Shown here: in pieces, positions 49,786-61,135 of the stretch
How the letters are laid out: each line of letters opens with the position of its first letter
How positions within the stretch are numbered: the stretch's first letter is position 1
Source of the DNA: Thermoanaerobaculia bacterium
GTDB taxonomy: Bacteria > Acidobacteriota > Thermoanaerobaculia > Multivoradales > UBA5704
Length of the DNA stretch: 64,000 nt
Reading direction: 5' to 3'
NCBI GenBank assembly: GCA_044226625.1
Contig: JBGAGQ010000032.1
Coordinates: forward strand, 1 to 64,000
Program-made: the position numbers and the translations under genes
Notes under the pieces: generated by a model
Told to the model about the DNA's origin: nothing
Databases searched by the model: none
The model's input: the letters and a program-made list of their open reading frames with translations, nothing else

Positions 49786-50693
49786 ATTCGCCGAAGACGG
49801 CGACGCGCCTCGGTCGCCGCCAGGCCGAGGGGCGAAAGCCGGCGGGCGGGCAGGCTTCGGATTTCGATCGGCGTCTCGCCTCGTCGCGCGAGCGCCGAAG
49901 GGAGCGCCTCGGCCAGCCGGCCCCGCACCGGGCTGACGAAATGGATCGCCACCGCTTCGGACGGGAGCGGGCTCGCGGCCCTCGGGATCGCGATCTGGGC
50001 GGGATCGAACAGCCGGCATCGGCCTGATCCGGCCCTCCCCGCGAGAAGCGCCCAGGCGGTCTGCTCGGTCCAGGGGGGGGCGAAGAGGAATTCCGGCCGC
50101 GACAGGTACCACTCGACGAGATCGGGGTCGAACGCCCGGGTCCGGTAGAGGATCACGCCGGTGTTCACCCGTTCGAGCAGGCGCAGCCGCCGGTGGAGCG
50201 CGAGGTGCCAAGAGCGGAGCGAATAGGCGTTTTGCACGTCGCTCATGAACAGGGCGTCGGAGTCAGGCCCGGGGAAGCGGAACAAGCCGCGAAACGGACG
50301 CTGAAACAGGACGTCGGCGTCGCAGTAGGCGATCTCCTCTCCCGCCTCGGGAATCGCGAGGTCCACGAGTTTCAAGAACAGCGGATGCTCGCGGCGTGCC
50401 CGGGCGAGCGCGGGTCGGCGGGACAGATAGGGCGCGACCCGGTCGTCGGCCTCCTGCCGGGAGAGGAAGACCGGCGAGCCCACAGCGCTACCTAGAGCCG
50501 ACTCGAGCCGCGCCCTCTCCTCCTCACCCAGCGAACCGTCGTCCCGCAGCCTGAATCGGACCGGATCCGCCGAATGCGCGAGCAGGCTGCCGAGGCAATC
50601 GATCGCCATCTCGACCTGACGCCGCCCGAGCAGAGAATCGACGAACGGCGTGCGCGGTGTTTCACCGCCGGAAGCGGCTTCGTCTACAATCAA
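49782..50693 (-). CDS. Putative GT-A fold glycosyltransferase-like protein
   Basis: DDGSL, YCDADVLF (DxD), NTG, TEQT and IHF resemble GT8-like patterns; start codon uncertain (TTG). Confidence 0.6.
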   Translation of the reverse strand: MIVDEAASGGETPRTPFVDSLLGRRQVEMAIDCLGSLLAHSADPVRFRLRDDGSLGEEERARLESALGSAVGSPVFLSRQEADDRVAPYLSRRPALARARREHPLFLKLVDLAIPEAGEEIAYCDADVLFQRPFRGLFRFPGPDSDALFMSDVQNAYSLRSWHLALHRRLRLLERVNTGVILYRTRAFDPDLVEWYLSRPEFLFAPPWTEQTAWALLAGRAGSGRCRLFDPAQIAIPRAASPLPSEAVAIHFVSPVRGRLAEALPSALARRGETPIEIRSLPARRLSPLGLAATEARRRLRRI

Positions 50694-50763
50694 GGAGCTT
50701 TTCCACCCTCAATGGACAGGTCAGGTTGCGCGACAGGTCCGCGGCAGTATGGAGATCTCCCGA

Positions 50764-51783
50764 ATGAATTGGAAGGACAAGCAGGTACTGGTCACCGGCG
50801 GCGCATCGTTCATCAGCTCTCACCTGATCGACCGCCTGGTCGACCGGGGGGTCTCGCGCGTGCGGGTGGTCGACGACCTGACGAGCGGCAAGCTCGCGAA
50901 CATCCAAGGGCACATCGATTCGGGAGTGGTCGAGTTCCGCCAGCAAGATCTCCTCCAGCCGGGCGTCCCCCAGGGGGCGGTCGAGGGCGTCGACGTCGTC
51001 TTCCACCTCGCAGCGATCCACGGCGGGCGCGGCTATGTCGACCTCCACCAGGCCGCCTGCGCACAGAACCTCGCGATGGACGGCATGCTGATCAAGGCGG
51101 CTTACGAGGCGGGGGTGGAAAAGTTCGTCTTCGCCTCCTCCGGCTGCGTCTATCCCAACTTCATCCAACAGGACGTGAGCCAGGAGCTCTACCTCACCGA
51201 GGACATGGTCGGCCCCCCCTACGACGCCGACAACATGTACGGTTGGGCGAAGCTGATGACCGAGATGACCCTGAAGTCGTACCACAAGGATTTCGGCTTC
51301 AAAGGGGCCTCTTGTCGATTCTTCACGGTCTACGGCGAGCGCGGAGTCGAGAATCACGCGGTGATCGCGATGATCGCCCGCGCATTCATTCGCCAGAATC
51401 CGTTCGAGGTCTGGGGTGACGGTACCCAGATCCGCAACTGGACCTACGTCGGCGACATCGTCCGCGGCATGATCCTCGCGGCCGAGAAAATCGACGACGG
51501 CACAGCGGTGAACTTGGGCACCGAAGAGCGCACCCGGGTGATCGACGCGGTGCGCGAGGTGCTCCGCTACACCGGCCAGGAGGCGGAGATCAAATACCTC
51601 CCGCACATGCCGACCGGACCGCTCAACCGCGTGGCAAGCAACCGGTTGGCACGAGAGCTGCTGGACTGGCAACCCGAGATGAAGTTCATGGACGGTCTGC
51701 GCCGGACCATCGACTGGTATTTCGGCAGCCGCGAACGAGAGGCGGTCTCCGGCTACCTCCAGGAGATGCTCACGGAGCGCTAG
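50764..51783 (+). CDS. NAD-dependent nucleotide-sugar epimerase/dehydratase (GDP-mannose 3,5-epimerase-like)
   Basis: VLVTGGASFISSHL, FHLAA.HGG, ASSGCVYP, YGWAK and WGDGTQIR. Confidence 0.88.
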   Translation: MNWKDKQVLVTGGASFISSHLIDRLVDRGVSRVRVVDDLTSGKLANIQGHIDSGVVEFRQQDLLQPGVPQGAVEGVDVVFHLAAIHGGRGYVDLHQAACAQNLAMDGMLIKAAYEAGVEKFVFASSGCVYPNFIQQDVSQELYLTEDMVGPPYDADNMYGWAKLMTEMTLKSYHKDFGFKGASCRFFTVYGERGVENHAVIAMIARAFIRQNPFEVWGDGTQIRNWTYVGDIVRGMILAAEKIDDGTAVNLGTEERTRVIDAVREVLRYTGQEAEIKYLPHMPTGPLNRVASNRLARELLDWQPEMKFMDGLRRTIDWYFGSREREAVSGYLQEMLTER

Positions 51784-51796
51784 ACGTCCGGAGGGG

Positions 51797-52990
51797 ATGT
51801 ACGCCGTTTTGTCCGGACCGATGCGAAAGCTGGTGTACCTCTGCGACTGGCTGCCGCCCGACTTCGGCGCGGTGGGTCAGTACAGCCTTCTCTTCGCCCG
51901 CGAACGCGCCGCGGCGGGCGAGGACGTCGTGCTCGCGGGGTTGTCGTCGAACGGCGATTCGATCGAGGAGGAGCGGGTGGGAGCGGGGAGCCTTCGCATC
52001 GTTCGGTTGGCCGCTTCGGTCTACGACCGGGCCAACCTGCGCGATCGGGCGCTTTGGACCCTCCGGACGAACCTTCGCCTGCTGCGGCGTCTCGCCTCGG
52101 AGCTACGGCACGCCGACGAAGTGCTGTTCACCGGCAGCCCGCCGTTCCTGATCCACTTCCTGGTCCCGGCGAACCTTCTCTGGCGCCGGCGCCTCACCTA
52201 TCGCATCACCGACTTCCATCCCGAGTGCCTGATGGCCGAGCTGCCTCGGGTCCCGGCCTGGCTTCGCGCGTTTCATCGCCTGACCGTGGCGTTTCGACGT
52301 CGGGTCGACGCCTTCGAGGTTCTCGGCGAGGACCAACGGCGGCGTCTGCTCGACCTCGGTATCCCCGATCGGAGGATCCGGCTGAAGCGCGATCCGTCGC
52401 CGATCGAGATTCCGCCGGATGCCGCTCCCTTGCCCGTGCCGGAGGAGCTTGCCGGACGCGTGGTGCTGCTCTATTCGGGGAACTTCGGCGTCGCCCACGA
52501 CCACCAGACCTTCCTCGAAGGCTACCGGCGGCATCATCGCGAGGGCTCCGGGCGAGTCGCTCTCTGGCTCAATGCGACGGGAGCCCGCGCCGATCGGGTG
52601 GAAGCCGAGCTTCGCTCGGAGCGCCTGCCCCATCATCGGAGCCGCCCGGTGCCTCTCGCCGAGCTTCCGCGCCTTCTCGTGACGCCGACCGCCCACCTGA
52701 TCACCCTGCGCGACGAGTTCGTCGGCTACGTCCTGCCGTCCAAGGTCCACGCGGCGATCGAGTCCGGGCGTCAAATTTTGTTCGTCGGAAGCATGGAAAG
52801 CGACGTAGATCGGCTCTGTCGCGAGCGGTTGACCTCCGGCTCCTATCACCGCGTTTCGGTCGGGGACCCTGCCGGCGTCGCCCGGGCGCTCGAAGAGATC
52901 GCCGATTCGGCGGATTCCGCGGACTCTACGAGGGCGACCCAACCGGACCAGGCGCCGATCGAACCGTCGCTTGAGGCGGTCGCGCGATGA
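51797..52990 (+). CDS. GT4-like glycosyltransferase (WcaI/WbuB-like)
   Basis: PPDFGAVGQ, TDFHPE, YSGNFGVAH and LPSK; alternative start 51821. Confidence 0.78.
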   Translation: MYAVLSGPMRKLVYLCDWLPPDFGAVGQYSLLFARERAAAGEDVVLAGLSSNGDSIEEERVGAGSLRIVRLAASVYDRANLRDRALWTLRTNLRLLRRLASELRHADEVLFTGSPPFLIHFLVPANLLWRRRLTYRITDFHPECLMAELPRVPAWLRAFHRLTVAFRRRVDAFEVLGEDQRRRLLDLGIPDRRIRLKRDPSPIEIPPDAAPLPVPEELAGRVVLLYSGNFGVAHDHQTFLEGYRRHHREGSGRVALWLNATGARADRVEAELRSERLPHHRSRPVPLAELPRLLVTPTAHLITLRDEFVGYVLPSKVHAAIESGRQILFVGSMESDVDRLCRERLTSGSYHRVSVGDPAGVARALEEIADSADSADSTRATQPDQAPIEPSLEAVAR

Positions 52991-54114
52991 TCGAGCTCCT
53001 TCTCTACGCCGCGGGCACGTCGGCGGTCGCCGGCCTGATCACCCACCTCCTGGTGCCGCCGATCACCCGCTTGGCGATCGCGCTTCGCGTGCTCGATCAC
53101 CCCGGCGGGAGGCGTCAGCAGGAAACGCCCGTACCGCGCCTGGGCGGCGTCGCGATCGGCATGGGGCTCGCCCTCTCGGCGAGTGTGGTCGCGCTGATCC
53201 AGTGGCAGGACTGGCAGGCGAACATCCTCCGTCAGGATCTCGTGGCTCTCGGCCTCGGAACCGGGTTGGTCTTCCTGGTCGGATTGGTCGACGACCTCGT
53301 CGGGGTCTCCACGGTCAAGAAGTTCCTGATCGAGCTCGGGGCGGCGTTTCTCCTCGTCCGCGTCGGCTGGTCCTTTTCGCAGCTGCGCCTGCCGCTCGTC
53401 GGAGAGATCGATCTCGGGCTCCTCGGCCCCGCCGTCTCGCTGCTCTGGATCGTCGGGGTGACCAACGCGATCAACCTGCTCGACGGCCTCGACGGCCTCG
53501 CCGGCGGCGTGGTCGCCATCATCTCGAGCACGCTCCTCTCGCTCGCCCTGATCCAGCAGAACCCGGGTACAGTCGTCCTGATGGCCGCGACCGCCGGCGC
53601 CTGCCTCGGGTTCCTCCGCCACAACTGGCAGCCGGCGAAGATCTTCATGGGTGACGCGGGATCGCTCACGCTCGGCTTCCTGCTCGCCGCCGCGAGCGTC
53701 CATTCATCGATCAAAGCCCCTGCGGCGATCGCGATCCTCGTCCCGTTGCTAGCCCTCGGCCTTCCCGTGTTCGATACCCTGCTGGTGATGCTGGTGCGCT
53801 TCATCCACCGGCCGAAAAGCCGCTGGGCGGAACGCTTCCTCCGAATGTTCCACGCCGATCGGAACCACATCCATCACCTGCTCGAACAGACGCAAAGCGG
53901 CCGCCCCAAGGCCGTGGGTACGCTCTACGTCGTCGCGCTCAGCTTCTGCGCTATGGCGGTCCTGGTGGCGGTCACCGGGGATTCGACGCTCGGCCTACTT
54001 CTCCTCGGCCTTGAGCTCCTGGTCATCGTCCTGATCCGTCAGCGCGGCCTCGCCGCCCGTGCGAAGCGGCAGGCGGAGGCGCTGCATCGGACCGAGGAGG
54101 TCACGGAGTCCTGA
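52987..54114 (+). CDS. wecA: WecA/TagO-like undecaprenyl-phosphate HexNAc-1-phosphate transferase (MraY family)
   Basis: PRLGG, GLVDD, NAINLLDGLDGLA, IFMGDAGS and DRNHIHH. Confidence 0.9.
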   Translation: MIELLLYAAGTSAVAGLITHLLVPPITRLAIALRVLDHPGGRRQQETPVPRLGGVAIGMGLALSASVVALIQWQDWQANILRQDLVALGLGTGLVFLVGLVDDLVGVSTVKKFLIELGAAFLLVRVGWSFSQLRLPLVGEIDLGLLGPAVSLLWIVGVTNAINLLDGLDGLAGGVVAIISSTLLSLALIQQNPGTVVLMAATAGACLGFLRHNWQPAKIFMGDAGSLTLGFLLAAASVHSSIKAPAAIAILVPLLALGLPVFDTLLVMLVRFIHRPKSRWAERFLRMFHADRNHIHHLLEQTQSGRPKAVGTLYVVALSFCAMAVLVAVTGDSTLGLLLLGLELLVIVLIRQRGLAARAKRQAEALHRTEEVTES

Positions 54115-54174
54115 CGCGGGGATGTGCGGATCGACCCCGCACCGATCGCTGGGAGCCCGAGGAGGGCTCTTCTA

Positions 54175-55389
54175 CTAAACCAGCTTCAATAGGTGTCCGA
54201 GCTTTTCGCGCTTGGTCCGCAGATAGTCGCGACTTACGTCGGTGGGCGGGACCTCGAGCTGGACGCGCTCGACGATCTCCAAACCGTAGCCGTCGAGGGC
54301 GATGTACTTGCTGGGATTGTTGGTCATCAGGCGCATCTTGCGCACGCCCAGCTTGCGCAGGATCTGGGCGCCGATCCCGTAGTCGCGTTGATCCGGGCGG
54401 AAGCCCAGATGCTCGTTCGCCTCGACGGTGTCTTTGCCCTGGTCCTGCAGCTCATAGGCGCGGAGCTTGTTGATCAGGCCGATGCCGCGCCCCTCCTGAA
54501 GCAGGTAGAGCACGATGCCGCGCCCCTCGGCGCCGATGCGATCGAGCGCCTGATGTAGCTGCGGACCGCAGTCGCATCGCGCCGAACCGAAGATGTCGCC
54601 GGTCAGGCACTGGCTGTGGACCCGCACCAGGATCGGCACCTCGGGATCGATCTCCCCCATCACCAAGGCGACGTTTTCGTCGCCGGTCACGTCCGAGCGG
54701 TAGGCGTGGATGCGGAACTCGCCGTATTCCGTCGGCAGGCGCGGCGCCGCGACCTCCCTGACCAGCGTTTCGTGGCGCAGGCGGTAGCTGATCAGGTCGG
54801 CGACCGTGACCATGAGCAGCCCGTGCTCGGTGGCGAACAGGGCGAGGTCGGGCACCCGGGCCATCGAGCCGTCGTCGTTCATGACCTCGCAGATCACCCC
54901 GGACGGGTCGAGCCCGGCGAGCTTGGCGAGGTCGATCGACGCTTCGGTCTGACCCGCGCGCTTCAGCACGCCGCCGCGCTTGGCGCGGAGCGGGAAGATG
55001 TGCCCGGGACGGAGCAGATCCTCGGGCCGGGTGCGCGGATCGATCGCGGTGAGAACGGTCGCCGCCCGGTCGGCCGCCGAAATGCCGGTCGAGATCTTGC
55101 CGCGCGCCTCGATCGACACCGTGAACGCCGTGCCATAGGGGGAAGTGTTGGTCTCCACCATGAGCGGCAGCTCGAGCTGGTCGCAGCGTTCTTCGGTGAG
55201 CGTAAGGCAGATCAATCCGCGACCGAACCTCGCCATGAAGTTGACCGTCTCCGGGGTGACCTTCTCGGCGGCGATGGTCAGGTCGCCCTCGTTTTCGCGG
55301 TCTTCGTCGTCGACCACGATGACCATCCGGCCGCGGCGGATCTCGTCGATGGCCTGTTCGATCGTGGCGAAAGGAGAATGCGGAGGCAT
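54175..55389 (-). CDS. ribBA: Bifunctional DHBP synthase / GTP cyclohydrolase II
   Basis: [45 protein letters not shown] and TNNP.K. Confidence 0.96.
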   Translation of the reverse strand: MPPHSPFATIEQAIDEIRRGRMVIVVDDEDRENEGDLTIAAEKVTPETVNFMARFGRGLICLTLTEERCDQLELPLMVETNTSPYGTAFTVSIEARGKISTGISAADRAATVLTAIDPRTRPEDLLRPGHIFPLRAKRGGVLKRAGQTEASIDLAKLAGLDPSGVICEVMNDDGSMARVPDLALFATEHGLLMVTVADLISYRLRHETLVREVAAPRLPTEYGEFRIHAYRSDVTGDENVALVMGEIDPEVPILVRVHSQCLTGDIFGSARCDCGPQLHQALDRIGAEGRGIVLYLLQEGRGIGLINKLRAYELQDQGKDTVEANEHLGFRPDQRDYGIGAQILRKLGVRKMRLMTNNPSKYIALDGYGLEIVERVQLEVPPTDVSRDYLRTKREKLGHLLKLV

Positions 55390-55641
55390 TTCGGACTCTT
55401 TGGACGGGAACGGCTCTTTGCGCTCTCTGCACCGAGCCGGAAGGGTTCAACCAGGAGCTTCCAGGACGAAATTCGCGGGAAGTTTCCGCTTCCCGAGGAT
55501 ACGGCGCGGCGCGGCAGGCGGTCAAACGGCGGCCAGGTCCCCTCCCCGGGAGAGTTCGAGGCATGCCGCCTCGCCGAGGATTCCCTCCCGCTTTGCTAGA
55601 GTCGGAGGCTACGAGAGGACATCCCCCGAAAGGAGCACCCC

Positions 55642-56187
55642 ATGCGCCGTGATCGCCGGTCGCCGATTTTGATTCTCGCTTTCTTCCTCCCCTGGCTCGC
55701 CCCCCTCGCCACGCGAGCGGACGAGACGACCGCCGTGCCGAGCGCCGCCCAAGGATTCGACCAGATGAAGGCGCTGGTGGGCGACTGGGTCGACGCCGAC
55801 GGCAGCCTGGGGTTGAAGCCCGGCGAGGTGGCCGTCAGCTACCGGCTCACCGGCGGGGGTAAGGTCTTGATCGAGAACCAGTTCAGCGGCACGCCGCACG
55901 AGATGGTCACGGTCTATCTTCGCGACGGCGACGCTCTGGTCGCCACCCACTATTGCGCGGCGGGGAACCAGCCGCACTTCCGGTCGAAGTCGATCTCGGC
56001 GCGGGAGATCCTCCTCGACTTCGACGGCGGTACGAACCTCGATCCGGCCAAGGACACGCATATTCACTCAGCGCGGATCGAGTTCATCTCGCCCGACGAG
56101 ATCCGTTCCGACTGGATGGGTTGGGTCGGCGGAAAAGCGGACCCGAGCCACGTGGCAAAGTTCCATTTGGTACGCAAGAAGGGATAG
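55642..56187 (+). CDS. Hypothetical secreted protein
   Basis: AAAGGAG SD, signal peptide, EMVTVY...[10 protein letters not shown]. Confidence 0.75.
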   Translation: MRRDRRSPILILAFFLPWLAPLATRADETTAVPSAAQGFDQMKALVGDWVDADGSLGLKPGEVAVSYRLTGGGKVLIENQFSGTPHEMVTVYLRDGDALVATHYCAAGNQPHFRSKSISAREILLDFDGGTNLDPAKDTHIHSARIEFISPDEIRSDWMGWVGGKADPSHVAKFHLVRKKG

Positions 56188-56229
56188 CGGCGCCGGGCTC
56201 GAGGCCGGGGAGCTCCGCCAGAAGAGGCC

Positions 56230-57468
56230 GTGAAGATCCTGCTCGTCGTAACCCGGCCGCCGTTCCCCCCCCGGCGCGGCGATCAGATGCGCGCTCTCCA
56301 AACCCTGGAGCTCCTCGGAGCGGCGCGCGAGGTGACCCTGCTCGCGCCGGAGGGCGGCGAGCCCGCTCCCGGCCCCAGTCATCCGATCTCGAATCCGAAC
56401 AGCCAGGTCGTTCGCTATCGCCCGCCGGGCAACCTCGAACGGGCCCTCGGTGTCCTTCGCGCCGCGTTCACCTTCGCGCCGCTTCAATCGGGTCTCTTTC
56501 GGAGCCGCGACCTCGCGGCGAAGCTTCGCGACCTCGCTCCCCGCCACGACCTCGTCATCCTCCAGCTCGAACGGTTGGTCGGCCATCTTCCCGATCTCGG
56601 CACCACCCCGATGGTGGTCGACTTGATCGACAGCCTGGCGCTCAATTTCGAGCGGCGGGCGCGCTTCGACGCCCTGCCGATCCGTCCGGCCCTGAGTTTC
56701 GAGGCCCGGCGCCTGCTCGCGGCGGAGCGGCGCCTCGCCGCGCGGGCAGAGCGAGTGCTGGTCGTTTCGGAACGCGATCGTTCGTATTTGGCCGAGCGGT
56801 TGGGGCCGGAGCTCGGCGCCAAGGTCGAGGTCGTTCCCTTGGCGATGCCGGCGCCGGAGGATCTCCCTCCCACCCTCCGGATTCTGAAAAGGCAGGGTCG
56901 CGAGTCCCCCTTCGAGATCGCGCCCGCCGAGGCTCCGCTCCTCGCGATCACCGGCAATCTCGGCTATTTCCCGACGGCCGACGGCGCCCTCTGGTTTCTC
57001 GCGCGCGTCTGGCCGGAGATTCGGGCGGCGCGCCCCGATTCGCGCCTGCTGCTCGCGGGGAGCCGGCCGTCGCGGCGGCTCCGCGAGGCGTCCACCCGCG
57101 CGGGGGTCGAGTTGGTCGAATCGCCGAGCGATCTCAAGCCGCTGCTCGAGAAGGCGACGCTCGCTCTCGCGCCGATGCGGGCGGGCTCGGGTCTGCCGAT
57201 CAAGGTGCTCGAAGCCTGGTCGGCCGGCGTGCCGGTGATCGCGACACCGTGGACTGCCGCGGGTGTCGGCGGGCAGCCCGGATTCGACCTCGCCGTCGCC
57301 GATCCCGATCCGGTCGCATGGCGGGCGAAGATCCTGGAATTGCTCGACGACCCCGCCCAGCGGCGTAAGCTGGCGGAAAACGGCCGGCGGCGTTTGGTGT
57401 CCGACTTTTCGGCCGAGCACGTCGCGGCGCTCTGGCGTTCCGCCCTGTCGGCACGCGCGGCCCGCTGA
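56230..57468 (+). CDS. GT4 glycosyltransferase
   Basis: PFPPRRGD, TGNLGYFP and GSGLPIKVLEA. Confidence 0.85.
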   Translation: MKILLVVTRPPFPPRRGDQMRALQTLELLGAAREVTLLAPEGGEPAPGPSHPISNPNSQVVRYRPPGNLERALGVLRAAFTFAPLQSGLFRSRDLAAKLRDLAPRHDLVILQLERLVGHLPDLGTTPMVVDLIDSLALNFERRARFDALPIRPALSFEARRLLAAERRLAARAERVLVVSERDRSYLAERLGPELGAKVEVVPLAMPAPEDLPPTLRILKRQGRESPFEIAPAEAPLLAITGNLGYFPTADGALWFLARVWPEIRAARPDSRLLLAGSRPSRRLREASTRAGVELVESPSDLKPLLEKATLALAPMRAGSGLPIKVLEAWSAGVPVIATPWTAAGVGGQPGFDLAVADPDPVAWRAKILELLDDPAQRRKLAENGRRRLVSDFSAEHVAALWRSALSARAAR

Positions 57469-57518
57469 GTTTCTCAGCCGGCACGCCTACCCCATCCTTC
57501 TTCGCATAGAGTCCGGCG

Positions 57519-58169
57519 ATGGGACGGATGCGCCGGGTCCTCACCGCCGAGGAAGAGATCGCCAACAGCGTCACCCACGGGATCGGCCTGATCCTCGCCT
57601 TGATCGGCTTTCCGCTGCTTTTCTTCTTCGCCTCGGGACGCCAGGATCCCTGGCAGCTTATGGGTTACGGCGTCTTCGCCACCACCCTCGTCTTCCTCTA
57701 CGCGATCTCGACCCTCTACCACGCGGTCAAACCGGGTCGGGTGAAGCAGATCCTCCGCATCCTCGATCATTCCGCCATCTACCTGCTGATCGCCGGGACC
57801 TACACCCCCTTCACGCTCGGCGTGCTGCGCGGCGCCTGGGGCTGGACGCTCCTCGGGCTGATCTGGGGGCTCGCGGTGTGCGGCATCCTGTTCAAGAGCC
57901 TGATCGGCTTGAAGTTGCCGCGAGCTTCGGTAGTGCTCTACCTGCTCATGGGATGGCTCGTGGTGATCCAGATCCGCCCCCTGGCGTCCCACCACGACGG
58001 CGCGGCGCTCGCTTGGCTTCTCGCGGGCGGCATCCTCTACACGTCGGGGGTCGTCTTCTTCGCCTGGGACCGCCTCCGCTACCACCACATGGTCTGGCAT
58101 CTGTTCGTCCTCGGCGGAAGCATCTGCCATTTCGTGGCGGTGCTCTGGTACTCCGCCCCCGCGGTCTAG
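57519..58169 (+). CDS. Hemolysin III / PAQR-family membrane protein
   Basis: EEIANSVTHG, STLYH, LDHSAIYLLIAGTYTP and HMVWHLFV...CHF. Confidence 0.93.
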   Translation: MGRMRRVLTAEEEIANSVTHGIGLILALIGFPLLFFFASGRQDPWQLMGYGVFATTLVFLYAISTLYHAVKPGRVKQILRILDHSAIYLLIAGTYTPFTLGVLRGAWGWTLLGLIWGLAVCGILFKSLIGLKLPRASVVLYLLMGWLVVIQIRPLASHHDGAALAWLLAGGILYTSGVVFFAWDRLRYHHMVWHLFVLGGSICHFVAVLWYSAPAV

Positions 58170-58252
58170 CACCCCAACGCAGCCTGCCCACCCGCGGAGC
58201 GGCGCGCTCCGCCGCCGCGATCTCGTTCGTTCGAAAGCACGGTCGCATGCAC

Positions 58253-58281
58253 TTGACAGCGCGTCGCGAGCCACCTATCCT
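58253..58281 (+). promoter_or_regulatory. Sigma-70-type promoter of groESL
   Basis: TTGACA (58253-58258), 17-bp spacer, TATCCT (58276-58281). Confidence 0.8.
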
Positions 58282-58282
58282 C

Positions 58283-58309
58283 TTAGCAGTCGTCGCCGGA
58301 GAGTGCTAA
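58283..58309 (+). promoter_or_regulatory. CIRCE element (HrcA operator)
   Basis: TTAGCAgTC-N9-GAGTGCTAA, one mismatch to consensus, directly after the -10 box. Confidence 0.92.
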
Positions 58310-58384
58310 CAGCCGTTTCGTTGGCGCCCCGTTGCGATCGAGTGTGTCCAATCCAACTCAGACCTTCGAAGGAGGTATCGAGCC

Positions 58385-60356
<1,972 letters not shown>

Positions 60357-60366
60357 GAACCCCGCC

Positions 60367-60431
60367 GGGGGGCTTCGGCCCCCCAGTGAAAATGGAAAAG
60401 GCGGCCGGTCCGAAAGGACGGCCGCCTTTTT
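60367..60431. terminator. Two hairpins, the second a bidirectional rho-independent terminator
   Basis: ggggggc-ttcg-gcccccc (60367-60384) and aaaaggcggccg/gtcc-gaaa-ggac/ggccgccttttt (60396-60431), between the convergent groEL and beta-barrel genes. Confidence 0.85.
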
Positions 60432-60448
60432 CTTGCTTCGAGCGTGTT

Positions 60449-61072
60449 CTAGAAGTGGGCGCGCAGGCCGAGGTAGATCTTGGTCTGCAAGCTGTCCTGG
60501 GCATCCTGGACGAGATCGAAGCGGCCGGTGCCGAACGCCGAGAGGTGCTCGGACAGGAAGAGATCGACACCGAACTGGGCATCGACGCCGACCTTCGACT
60601 GATTGCCGGTCTTGCCCGGGTTGTCCTTGAGGAGCGCCGCGTCGATCTGATGATAGGCGGCGCCCGCGCCGAAGAACGTCTCAATGTTGCCGAACGGAAC
60701 CACGCCGATCAGGTTCGCGCCAATCAGAAGATCGCTCGCCTTGCCGCCGCCGCGCGCTTCATTGGTTTCCCAGTAGCCGATCTCCGGCTCGATGTAGCCG
60801 CGGATCCCACGGTCGGGCGAACCGTAGTCTTCCTCATTCTTGTGGCCCGCCCGAATGCGCAGCGATGCCGTGATGTACGGCTCGGTGAAGCTTCCGTTCG
60901 AGGGCTCAACCAGGCCGACTCCGACCGAGACCGCGAACCGCTTCTCTTCTTTGTAATCCGCGTAGGGATCCCGATTCGGATCGCCGTCGCGGCTCTGCGG
61001 GTCCTGAGCCCGCGCCACAATCGGCGCCATCAGGGTCGCCCCCACGGCTACCGCGGTGAGCCAACGATTCAT
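60449..61072 (-). CDS. Outer-membrane beta-barrel protein (about 8 strands)
   Basis: Signal peptide, alternating amphipathic strands, C-terminal YLGLRAHF; AGGAGG SD. Confidence 0.8.
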   Translation of the reverse strand: MNRWLTAVAVGATLMAPIVARAQDPQSRDGDPNRDPYADYKEEKRFAVSVGVGLVEPSNGSFTEPYITASLRIRAGHKNEEDYGSPDRGIRGYIEPEIGYWETNEARGGGKASDLLIGANLIGVVPFGNIETFFGAGAAYHQIDAALLKDNPGKTGNQSKVGVDAQFGVDLFLSEHLSAFGTGRFDLVQDAQDSLQTKIYLGLRAHF

Positions 61073-61135
61073 GCGCGATTCCCTCCTATTCGTTAAGGCC
61101 CACGGTCATAGTCGACGAGAGCCGCGGAATGCCCG

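Noticed and set aside
54930-54965. RAGQTEA in place of RxGHTEA in the DHBP synthase domain as a sign of inactivation
   Set aside because: All other motifs are intact and, as I recall, the Gln variant occurs in many RibBA proteins.
55390-55641. FMN riboswitch upstream of ribBA
   Set aside because: The conserved RFN segments are not present on the minus strand; only a generic hairpin is seen.
61073-61135. Lasso precursor between B2 and the beta-barrel gene
   Set aside because: Only 63 bp, containing the barrel gene's SD, and too short for a leader plus core.
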